Shown here: positions 1 through 9,200 of the stretch, one piece after another
How positions within the stretch are numbered: the stretch's first letter is position 1
How the letters are laid out: every line of letters begins with the position of its first letter
Origin: an uncultured Bacteroidales bacterium
GTDB lineage: Bacteria > Bacteroidota > Bacteroidia > Bacteroidales > F082
Reading direction: 5' to 3'
DNA: 64,000 bases
Assembly (NCBI GenBank): GCA_900317055.1
Contig: ONFF01000001.1
Location: 108,259 to 172,258 of the forward strand
The notes under the pieces: model-generated
The model's database searches: none
What the model was told of the DNA's origin: nothing
What the model saw: the letters and a program-made list of their open reading frames with translations, nothing else
Translations under genes and position numbers: made by a program

Positions 1-1
1 C

Positions 2-2068
2 ATTGCCGTCAAGGACTATAATAATGCGGTCAAATACCTGAAAAACGGCATCCTGCTCAACAAAGACAACGATTTGCGTACCCGTGCGATGTTCATCTTG
101 GGACAGATTTACATGCGACAAGGTGATTCGGAGCGTGCCACCGCCCAGTTCAAGAAGGTCATCAAGCGCAATCCTGAGTATGAGATGGTCTTCGAATCGA
201 GGATGAATATGGCCAAGGTGGGTACGGCTAACAATGCCAAAGAGCTCTACAAGATGATGAACAAGATGCTCCGCGACTCGAATAACGAAGACTATCGCGA
301 CCGTATCTATTATGCTATGGCTGAACTCGCCCTTCGCGAAGGCGATGAAACCAAAGCCATCGATTATCTGCGCAAGTCGGTGGCGGCCTATAAGGACAAC
401 CAAATCCAACGGGCTCAATCCTCGCTGAAAGCGGCTACCATGTTTTTCGAAAAGAACCAATACGAACTGGCGCAGGCCTACTACGATACGGCTGTCACTA
501 GCATGAACCGAGAGGTTGAAGGTTACGATAGTATCAGGAACATCTCCCAGACGCTCAATGAGCTGGTGATGTATGCCAATGTGGTTCGTGACCAGGATAG
601 TTTGATGCGTGTGGCCGCCATGGATTCGGTGTCGCGAAACATGCTTATCGACAAGATCATTGCCCAAGTCATTGAGCAGGAACAAATCGAGAAGGAGCGT
701 CGTGAATACGAGGAACAACTGGCACTGATGGGCTCTACTGTGGGCGGTAATGAACCTGCAAAGAAAGACCCGGAGGAAGCCACGAGTACAGCTGGTGGCT
801 CATGGTATTTCTACAACCAGACTTCCGTTTCGAAAGGTATTACCGAGTTTACCCGCAAATGGGGTATGCGTAAGAACGAAGACAACTGGCGCATCAGCGA
901 CCAGAGGAGTCTGGCGGCAGCGATGAAGGGTGAAAGCGGAGATGAAAAAAAGGAAGAAGGAAAAGAAGGAGAGGGAGGCAAGGAGAAGGCTTCCTTGACC
1001 AACCACGACCGTGGCTATTACCTCCAAGACTTGCCTTTCACTCCTGAACAAAAAGAAGTGGCCGACTCGCTCATCGCCGACGGCCTCTATCATCTGGGCT
1101 TCCTCTATATGGATCGCTTGTCGGACTTGCCGCGTTCCATCGAATCGTACGAGGAACTTGACAGGCGCTATCCCAATGGCAAACAAGAGTTGCCCACATG
1201 GTATGCATTGTATAAGATGCACAAAGACCTCGGCAACGAGGAACAGTCTTTGGTTTATAAAGGTAAGATTTTCGACAAGTATCCCACTTCGAGTTACGCC
1301 GAGTTCATCAACGACCCGAGCTATTTCGAGAAGCTGCAAGCTCAGGAACGCGAAGCTTCCGATTTCTACAGCAAAACCTATGAGGCCTTCGAACAGGGAC
1401 AGTATTATCGTGTGAAGATGAACACCGAACGCGCCATGCAGCTCTATGAAACCGATACTGCTTTCATGCCGCGTTTTGCATTTCTAAACGCCGTCGCAGA
1501 AGGACGTTTGACTTCTATTGACACTATGGCATTCCGTTTGTACAACTTGGTGCGCAACTATCCCCAAAGCAGCATCACGCCTTACGCCCGCCGTGTTTTG
1601 GAGAGCGTCAACGAAGAATATCATCTGGGACTGGTGCTGACCGACATCAACAAAAAGGAGGGTGGCGACAAACCTGAGGTGAAGAAAGAGGCTCCTTACA
1701 CCTACGAGCCCAACATCGAGCATTTTGTCATGATTGTGTGCGACACCAAGGCGGTGCGCATCGACCCGCTGATGGTGCGTATCAGCGACTTCAACAAGAA
1801 GGAACATAGAACGCGTTCCTTCAACATGAAGAGTGTGGTGCTCGACGATGCACGCACCCTCATCACTATCGGTAACTTTGACAGTCAAGCCAAAGCCACC
1901 GAGTACATTACCTCGATGCAGATTTCCGACTATGTCTTTGGCGGCATCGACAAGGCCAAATACAAGATAGTCCCCATTTCCAGCAAGAACTATCCTGTCT
2001 TCTACCAGTCGAAGGATATGGAAGAATACAAATCATTTATGGAATCCAACAACAATAGTAAACAATAA
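2..2068 (+). CDS. TPR-repeat protein, 5' end cut by window edge; possibly T9SS PorW/SprE-like
   Basis: The frame of ORF 74..2068 stays open back to nt 2 (IAVKDYNNAVKYLKNG...). TPR-like helices are visible (AQFKKVIKRNPEYEM, YYAMAELALREGDETKAIDYLRKS), with an E/K-rich linker (GDEKKEEGKEGEGGKEK) and a long C-terminal domain. The PorW/SprE assignment is recollection only. Confidence 0.8.
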   Translation: MAVKDYNNAVKYLKNGILLNKDNDLRTRAMFILGQIYMRQGDSERATAQFKKVIKRNPEYEMVFESRMNMAKVGTANNAKELYKMMNKMLRDSNNEDYRDRIYYAMAELALREGDETKAIDYLRKSVAAYKDNQIQRAQSSLKAATMFFEKNQYELAQAYYDTAVTSMNREVEGYDSIRNISQTLNELVMYANVVRDQDSLMRVAAMDSVSRNMLIDKIIAQVIEQEQIEKERREYEEQLALMGSTVGGNEPAKKDPEEATSTAGGSWYFYNQTSVSKGITEFTRKWGMRKNEDNWRISDQRSLAAAMKGESGDEKKEEGKEGEGGKEKASLTNHDRGYYLQDLPFTPEQKEVADSLIADGLYHLGFLYMDRLSDLPRSIESYEELDRRYPNGKQELPTWYALYKMHKDLGNEEQSLVYKGKIFDKYPTSSYAEFINDPSYFEKLQAQEREASDFYSKTYEAFEQGQYYRVKMNTERAMQLYETDTAFMPRFAFLNAVAEGRLTSIDTMAFRLYNLVRNYPQSSITPYARRVLESVNEEYHLGLVLTDINKKEGGDKPEVKKEAPYTYEPNIEHFVMIVCDTKAVRIDPLMVRISDFNKKEHRTRSFNMKSVVLDDARTLITIGNFDSQAKATEYITSMQISDYVFGGIDKAKYKIVPISSKNYPVFYQSKDMEEYKSFMESNNNSKQ

Positions 2069-2079
2069 AATATAAAGTT

Positions 2080-2448
2080 ATGGCAATAATGGAATCTCAA
2101 GCCCGGAACCTTATCGGTAACGGCACCACTATCAAAGGTGATATTGAGTCGAATGGCGATATTCGCATCGACGGACATCTGATTGGATCACTGAAATCGA
2201 ACGGCAAGGTCACCATTGGCCAAACTGGCGTCATGGAAGGTGACCTCAACTGCAAACAAGCTGAAATTTCCGGCGCCGTGAAGGGTAACATCACTACTGA
2301 GGAGCTGACGGCTTTGAAATCGACTTCAAAAGTGGAAGTCGACCTGACCACCAAGCAGCTGCTCATCGAAGTGGGTGCACAATTTACGGGTAAGTGTGTC
2401 ATGGGACAACAGTCGACCGTGGCAATGCCTAAGCAAAAAATCGGTTGA
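2080..2448 (+). CDS. bactofilin (polymer-forming cytoskeletal protein)
   Basis: 122 aa with the repetitive beta-helix pattern [52 protein letters not shown], typical of DUF583/CcmA bactofilins. Confidence 0.85.
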   Translation: MAIMESQARNLIGNGTTIKGDIESNGDIRIDGHLIGSLKSNGKVTIGQTGVMEGDLNCKQAEISGAVKGNITTEELTALKSTSKVEVDLTTKQLLIEVGAQFTGKCVMGQQSTVAMPKQKIG

Positions 2449-2450
2449 TA

Positions 2451-3071
2451 ATGGACGAAAAGCTTAGGAAGCGTTTCGGTTACGAAGCCATCGAGCAGTA
2501 CGACACGGAACGGTTGGCCAAACTTCAGGAGCACTATGCCGCCATCTTGGAGCTTTTGGGCGAAGACCCGCATCGTGAGGGTCTTGAGAAGACGCCTTTG
2601 CGTGTAGCCAAGTCGATGCAGTTCCTCACCCATGGCTATGAACAGGATCCGATGGAGATTCTTCTGTCGGCGAAATTCAAGGAAGACTACCGCCAGATGG
2701 TGATTGTGAAGGACATTGAGGTGTATTCCTTGTGTGAGCATCATCTGATTCCGTTCATCGGCAAGGCGCATGTGGGCTATATCCCCAACGGCTACATCAC
2801 AGGGTTGAGCAAGATTGCACGCGTGGTGGAAGCCTATTCGCGTCGCCTTCAGGTGCAGGAACGCCTGACCACGCAAATCAAGAACGCCATCAACGAGGCA
2901 TTGCATCCTTTGGGCGTGGCGGTCGTCATTGAGGCACGACATTTGTGTATGTCGATGCGTGGTGTGCAGAAACAAGGAGCCGTGACCACAACGAGCGACT
3001 TCATCGGGGCTTTTGAGCGCGAATCAACCCGAGAGGAGTTTTTCCAACTGATAGGCAGTAACCTACACTAA
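2451..3071 (+). CDS. folE: GTP cyclohydrolase I
   Basis: Motifs [18 protein letters not shown] and [15 protein letters not shown]. The ORF-track start at 2445 is TTG; the first ATG is at 2451. Confidence 0.93.
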   Translation: MDEKLRKRFGYEAIEQYDTERLAKLQEHYAAILELLGEDPHREGLEKTPLRVAKSMQFLTHGYEQDPMEILLSAKFKEDYRQMVIVKDIEVYSLCEHHLIPFIGKAHVGYIPNGYITGLSKIARVVEAYSRRLQVQERLTTQIKNAINEALHPLGVAVVIEARHLCMSMRGVQKQGAVTTTSDFIGAFERESTREEFFQLIGSNLH

Positions 3072-3108
3072 ATCTTTGAATTTTGAATATTAAATTTTAA
3101 ATCACACA

Positions 3109-3993
3109 ATGATAAAAGCATATGTTTTCCCCGGTCAAGGGGCCCAATTTGTGGGAATGGGAAAGGACTTGTACGACAACTTCTCCAAAGCCAAGGATAT
3201 GTTCAAGAAAGCGAACAACATCCTGAAGTTCAAAATCACCGATGTCATGTTTGAAGGCACTGATGAGGACTTGCGCCAGACCAAGGTGACCCAACCGGCC
3301 ATCTTCTTGCATTCCGTCATCTTGGCTTCAATGCTCGAAGAGTTTGATCCTACCATGGTGGCGGGTCATTCCTTGGGTGAGTTTTCGGCTCTTGTTGCCA
3401 ATAAGGTGCTTGGCTTTGAAGACGGCTTGCGCTTGGTGAGTAAGCGTGCCATGGCCATGCAGAAAGCCTGCGAAGCTCAGCCTGGTACGATGGCCGCTGT
3501 CATCGGAGCCGAGGATGCACTCATCGAGAAAGTTTGTGCCTCCATTAAGGATGCTGTGGTGGTTCCCGCCAACTACAATTGTCCTGGCCAGTTGGTCATC
3601 TCTGGTTCGGTGGAGGGTGTGGATGCTGCTTCCGAAAAGCTGAAGGAAGCCGGTGCCAAGCGTGTGGTGCCTCTGAGTGTGGGTGGCGCTTTCCATAGCC
3701 CTTTGATGGAGCCTGCCCGTTTGGAGCTTGCCGAAGCCATCAAGGAGACTACCTTCAACCAAGGCATCTGCCCAATTTACCAGAATGTCACCGGCCAGTC
3801 GGTCAACGACCCCGAGATTATCAAGAAGAACCTTATCGCTCAGCTGACTTCGCCCGTCATGTGGACGCAGACCATGAGCAATATCCTTGCTACAGGCGTG
3901 CGCACTGTCGTTGAGGTAGGTCCAGGTACGGTGTTGCAAGGCTTGTTCCGCAAGATGGACCGCAACTTGGAGCTGTCGAGTGCAACAGTGTAA
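3109..3993 (+). CDS. fabD: malonyl CoA-ACP transacylase
   Basis: FPGQGAQFVGMG, active-site GHSLGEFSAL, GGAFHSPLM; 294 aa. Confidence 0.95.
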   Translation: MIKAYVFPGQGAQFVGMGKDLYDNFSKAKDMFKKANNILKFKITDVMFEGTDEDLRQTKVTQPAIFLHSVILASMLEEFDPTMVAGHSLGEFSALVANKVLGFEDGLRLVSKRAMAMQKACEAQPGTMAAVIGAEDALIEKVCASIKDAVVVPANYNCPGQLVISGSVEGVDAASEKLKEAGAKRVVPLSVGGAFHSPLMEPARLELAEAIKETTFNQGICPIYQNVTGQSVNDPEIIKKNLIAQLTSPVMWTQTMSNILATGVRTVVEVGPGTVLQGLFRKMDRNLELSSATV

Positions 3994-4000
3994 GTTTAAT

Positions 4001-4070
4001 GTAGAATGCAGAATGCTGAATGTGGAATGTTGAATGGATTGACATTCATCATTCATCATTCAGCATTCAT
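4001..4070. repeat. intergenic hairpin whose arms are tandem heptamers (NNGAATG x5 / CATTCAN x4)
   Basis: The left arm gtagaatgcagaatgctgaatgtggaatgttgaatg (4001-4036) pairs with attcatcattcatcattcagcattcat (4044-4070). It lies between the fabD stop and the S41 peptidase start. Confidence 0.8.
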
Positions 4071-4082
4071 AATTAATTAAAG

Positions 4083-5669
4083 ATGGAAAACAGAATCCGC
4101 CCTGTATGGGTCATCATCCTCCTGCTCTCAGGCATTCTCGTCGGCCTATATATTAATAAAGGTGTAGGTAGCCGCCAAATTACCTTCGAAGGTGGCAGTA
4201 AGTTCGACGAGGTGATGTGGTATGTGGACAACGACTATGTCGAAAAGCCCGACGCAAAGAAGTTGCAAGACCAAGCCATTGCCGCCATGATGGAGAAGCT
4301 TGACCCGCATAGCGCTTTTATCTCTTTGGATGAGTTCAATGAAGTGAACGACCCGCTTTTGGGCAGTTTCGACGGCATCGGGGTGCAGTTTCGTTTGGAA
4401 AAAGACACCATCGCTGTCGTCAATGTCATCAAGGGCGGCCCTTCCGAGAAGGTGGGCATCATGGCGGGCGACCGCTTCATTTATGTCGATGACACCTTGG
4501 TGGCTAGCAAGAAACTCAAGAATGAGGATGTGATGCGCAAACTGAAAGGACCCAAAAACACCAAAGTGCGTGTGCGTGTGCTCCGTCGTGGGGTAGAGGG
4601 CCTCCTTGACTACACCATCACCCGCGATGCAATTCCCACCTATAGCGTCGACATTGCCTACATGATCGATGAGAAAACTGGTTACTTGAAACTGAGCAAG
4701 TTCTCTGCCACCACAACTGACGAGTTCAAAAAGGGGATAAAGGAATTGAGAGCAAAGGGTATGCAACAACTTGTGCTCGACCTGCGTGGCAACACGGGAG
4801 GTTTCCTCAGCGCAGCCGTTGACATTGTCGACGAGTTTTTGCCCAAGGGTAGCTTGATTGTCTATACCGAAGGCCGCAACCGTCCGCGTCAGTATATGAA
4901 AGCCCGTCGAAATGGAATGTTGGAAGACATCCCCGTGGTGGTGCTCATCGATGGAGAGTCGGCCAGCGCAAGCGAGATTGTGGCTGGAGCCTTGCAGGAC
5001 AACGACCGAGGTACCATCATTGGCCGACGCTCTTTCGGCAAGGGATTGGTGCAGGAGCAAATCATGCTTAGCGACAATTCCGCTATCCGCCTCACCGTGG
5101 CGCGTTACTACACGCCTACGGGTCGTTGCATCCAGAAACCTTACAGCGGTGACTTGGAAGAGTATATGCTTGAGTCGTTTGAACGTTACGAGAATGGCGA
5201 ACTCTTCAGCGAGGACAGCATCCATTTCGCTGATTCCCTGAAATACACGACTCCTAAGGGCAAGACGGTTTATGGTGGTGGTGGCATCATGCCCGACATC
5301 TATGTGCCTTTGGTGAACGACAGCACGGAATACTATTTCAACCGTATCGTCAACAAAGGCTTGCTCTATCAATATGCTTTCGACTATACCGACATCCACC
5401 GTAAGCAGCTGCAGCAGTACAAGACCGTCAAGTCATTCGACCAGTCTTTTGTGGTGAGTGATGCCATGTTCGACGAGCTGGTGAAACAGGCTGAGGAGAA
5501 AGGCATCAAGGGTACGGAAGAGCAACGACAAGTGGCGCGCCGCGAGGCCAACACTTTGTTGAAGGCATACATCGCCCGCAACATCTTCGACGACGAGGGC
5601 TTCTATCCGATTTACGCCCCGATGGACGAGGTGTTGCAAAGGGCGCTTAAAGAGCTCAGAGGCGAATAA
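4083..5669 (+). CDS. S41 family C-terminal processing peptidase
   Basis: N-terminal TM anchor, a PDZ-like segment (VIKGGPSEKVGIMAGDRFIYVDD), and S41 core motifs LVLDLRGNTGGFL and DGESASASEIVAGALQDNDRGTIIGRRSFGKG. Confidence 0.9.
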   Translation: MENRIRPVWVIILLLSGILVGLYINKGVGSRQITFEGGSKFDEVMWYVDNDYVEKPDAKKLQDQAIAAMMEKLDPHSAFISLDEFNEVNDPLLGSFDGIGVQFRLEKDTIAVVNVIKGGPSEKVGIMAGDRFIYVDDTLVASKKLKNEDVMRKLKGPKNTKVRVRVLRRGVEGLLDYTITRDAIPTYSVDIAYMIDEKTGYLKLSKFSATTTDEFKKGIKELRAKGMQQLVLDLRGNTGGFLSAAVDIVDEFLPKGSLIVYTEGRNRPRQYMKARRNGMLEDIPVVVLIDGESASASEIVAGALQDNDRGTIIGRRSFGKGLVQEQIMLSDNSAIRLTVARYYTPTGRCIQKPYSGDLEEYMLESFERYENGELFSEDSIHFADSLKYTTPKGKTVYGGGGIMPDIYVPLVNDSTEYYFNRIVNKGLLYQYAFDYTDIHRKQLQQYKTVKSFDQSFVVSDAMFDELVKQAEEKGIKGTEEQRQVARREANTLLKAYIARNIFDDEGFYPIYAPMDEVLQRALKELRGE

Positions 5670-5670
5670 T

Positions 5671-5798
5671 GGGATTCCCTTCGGGAATGGAGTCCGCTTT
5701 TCTTTTACAGCGGCGGCAGGTAACGTATACGGATAATATGCGTTACAAGCCGCCGCTGGTTAATTAGACGGATTAACTCCATTCCCAAAGGGAATCTC
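5671..5798. repeat. ~128-bp structured element with 23-bp terminal inverted repeats (copy A; MITE-like)
   Basis: The left end gggattcccttcgggaatggagt and the right end actccattcccaaagggaatctc are reverse complements apart from two mismatches. There are inner stems cagcggcggc/gccgccgctg and gtaacg/cgttac. A second copy lies at 51634-51765. Confidence 0.75.
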
Positions 5799-5813
5799 TT
5801 GTGCTGTTGACAA

Positions 5814-5848
5814 ACAAAAAACCCCGCTGAAATAGCGGGGTTCCTTTT
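5814..5848. terminator. bidirectional rho-independent terminator
   Basis: Stem accccgc/gcggggt with loop tgaaata, flanked by an A-run on the left and a T-rich run on the right. It sits just 3' of the minus-strand tRNA and downstream of the S41 peptidase gene. Confidence 0.7.
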
Positions 5849-5849
5849 G

Positions 5850-5923
<74 letters not shown>

Positions 5924-5936
5924 TCGTTTGCGGCTG

Positions 5937-5944
5937 CAAAAATA
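5937..5944 (-). promoter_or_regulatory. Bacteroidetes -7 box (TATTTTTG on minus strand) for tRNA-Ala(GGC)
   Basis: caaaaata is the reverse complement of TAnnTTTG and lies 14 nt upstream of the tRNA 5' end. The surrounding 19-mer GTTGTATTTTTGCAGCCGC is identical to the one upstream of the second tRNA-Ala. Confidence 0.6.
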
Positions 5945-6223
5945 CAACTTTTTTCAATCCGCCAAACATTTTTCCGAAAATTTTTCTTTTTTTTCGAAAA
6001 AACGCAAAAAAATCACTTTTTTTCATTTCCGACTAAGGGTAAATCCTGAGTTGTTAGTCATTCCAATGTCTAGACAACAAAACAACGCGTTTACTATGCA
6101 TTCGAATGTTCGTATTATGCTTAGGAAAAATGATGCCACCGTGCCTTTTTGCATCGGGGCTTTTCGTGTTTATATGCAAGAAAACTTATTAATTCACCTA
6201 TTTATTAACCAAATCAATTCATT

Positions 6224-9200
6224 ATGAAAAAGAAAGTTTTTTCTTTGATGATGATGCTCTTGCTGGCTGTTACTGGCTTTGTGAGAGCAGATGAACTGAC
6301 CGTAAACGATGGTACTACTACCAACGGTTATGTGCCGGTTTATGGCTATTATGCCGACGCGTACTTGAAGTGCGAGTACATCGTGCCGGCCGCTGCGTTA
6401 GCCGATATGACGGGCAGCGACATCAACGGTATGACGTACTATCTTTCAAGCCCAGCCGCAGCAAGCTGGGGCGTTGCCAACTTCCAAGTGTTCATTAAGG
6501 AAGTGGCAGAAACGTCCATCGATGCCTATCAGGGCATGGATGGCGCGACCATTGTCTACGAAGGAGCCCTCGATGGCACACAGCCTCAGATGGGCATCAC
6601 CTTCACGACGCCTTACCATTACAATGGCGGCAACCTTTTTGTCGGTATCTACAATACCGTGAAAGGCACCTACAAGACCTGCCAGTTCTATGGTGAGACT
6701 GTCAGTGGCGCATCAGTGCAGGGCTACAGCTATAGCAGCCTTGACGCTGTGGACTGCAATCAGCGCGATTTCCTGCCCAAGACCACCTTTACCTATGGTG
6801 CTGGTGGCGGCAGCGTCGCTGAACTCCATGTGAAGTACATGGATGGTAATGTTGAGGTCATTGACAGACTTGACCTCGGCGTTCGTCCTGCCGGCGCTTG
6901 GATGGAGCCTTTCGACTTCGTCATGTACGCCGAAGGTGGCGCCTACACTGTCAATGTTCTTGACTTCACGCCGAGCGACAACTTGTTCACTGTTTCTGGT
7001 GAGGAACTTCCTTTCCAAGTGGCCAGTGACGAAGATGTTGCCCTGAACATGATTACCAATGGCACTGAAGCTGGTGTGATCGATCGTCAGTTCGTGGCCA
7101 TCACCGAAGGTGATCGTGCCGCTCACGTCTGGCCTTTGACGGTTGAGCTCTATGCTCCCGTGGTTCCGGATGTTTGGGAACTGGCTTGCGAAGAAGCCAC
7201 CTCGTTCCCCTTCGTGGAGGTTCCTGCCAACGCTCACCAAACTGTCCTTCACAACGACTACACCCTGCCTTTCCCCGAGATTGAGGAAGGTGTGGATGCC
7301 GTTTACAAACTCGTGTTCACCGAAGACCAAATGCTGAACGCTAGTGTCACTTACGGTGAAAACGGTAAGGTGGCCCTCTACGCCGCTGACTTCAATGGCG
7401 AAGGCGGTCCTATGGCTACCAACTACTACACTGGCCTTAGCGCTGCCGGTGGTGGCTCCGCCGCTGCCCCGTTTGAGGCTCAGATCGGTGATGGTACCAG
7501 CACGACTGGCTACATGCCTTTCTACTGCTTCTACAACTACTCCATCAGCCAGCAGCTCTTCCTTGCTGCCGAGCTTGAGGAGGCCGGTGTGACCCGCGCC
7601 CCGATGACCAGCCTGAGCTGGTACTGCACGGCCACCAACGGTAACCTCCAGAGTAACATCACCATCTGGATGGCCAATGTGGAAGAGACCGCTATCGGCG
7701 GCAATTCCATCATGACTGGCGGTATGACCAAAGTGTATACCGGTAACATGACCCCCACTGTAGGTTGGGATGAGTTCGTCTTCAACGAAGGCACTTTCGC
7801 CTGGGACGGACACAGCAACATCCTGATCTCCGTACAGCGTAACAACGGTGCCTGGGCATCCGGCATCAGCTGGCAATGTGGTACCCAAAGCTTTACCGCT
7901 AGCGGTTATTCCTACAATGACTCTCAAGGCGCTTACAATATGGAGACCAACTCCTATGTCTTCGGTACTTCCGGTTCTTCGTATGGCGGCACCACCACGA
8001 CCCGTTCCAACACGATGTTTAAAGGTGGCAATCGTTATGCTACCAGAAGAAATGTGGTTCCCACCGCTTGTGTCAACCCCGATGTAATTACGAATGTCGA
8101 GCCTGCTAGAGATGGCTGGCTGGCCTATGATAATGGCGAATATGCTACCTCTATCGGTAACACAACTGCATATGACTGGACTTGGGCCACGATGTATCCC
8201 GCTTCTATGTTGGGCAACAACAACACCTTGACCAAGGTTGCCATTTTCAACACCAGTTATAATGTTGACGATATTACGATTGATATCTATCAAGGTGGTA
8301 CTACAGAACCTGGCACCCTGATTGCCTCTAAGACGGTTACCCCTGTCGAGGGATTACAGGAAGTGACTTTGAATAGTCCTGTGACCATCAATCCTTCTCA
8401 GAACCTGTGGATTGTGCTTAGCGAGTATGGTACCTATGTTTTGACTGCATGCAACACCACTCAGCCCAACAACCAATGGGTAGAGAACGACGGTTGGTAT
8501 AACATCGGTGACTTGGCTGCGACTTTGGCCGACTATGGTTGGATGATCCGCGCTTATGTCACAAATAGCGCTCCCACGCCTCCCACACCTCCTACACCGA
8601 CACCTGGTGAGGTCTCTTATACCGCTGGTCCTGTCATCGAGGGTCTGCCTGTGACTCCTGGTACCTACTACCTGGTTGCCTCTTCAACGACTCCTAATTT
8701 CGAGGTCACGATCAATGCCGAAAACATGCCTTGCCCGACTGTTGAGGAATTCGCTTTTGCTCCTCAGCCTGCCGACAATGAAGACGAGGTTGAACCCGCC
8801 AGCGTCACGCTGCGTTGGATGATCCCCGAATATGCCACTGCTTGGCGTCTGGTCTTCGGTAGCACCTACCATCCGGAAGAAGGTCATCCTCAGACCATCA
8901 TCACTGATTGGTCGAATGATATGGCCAACAGCTACACGGTGCGTAACCTCTGGAACAACACCAACTACTTCTGGAGAGTGGAATTCAAAAACGACGGTTG
9001 CCCGGAAGGCGTGAGCAGCCCGGTTTGGGGCTTCACGACCCATCTGAATGTCCCGCAGGGTCTCACTGTTGTTGACGAGACTGTGTTCAACGACGAACAG
9101 ATTGTACTGAACTGGAACGCTGTTGTCGACCGTACCTATCGCATGTACAATGTGTACCGCGACGGTGAACTCATTGGCCACACCAATGTGAACAACATCG

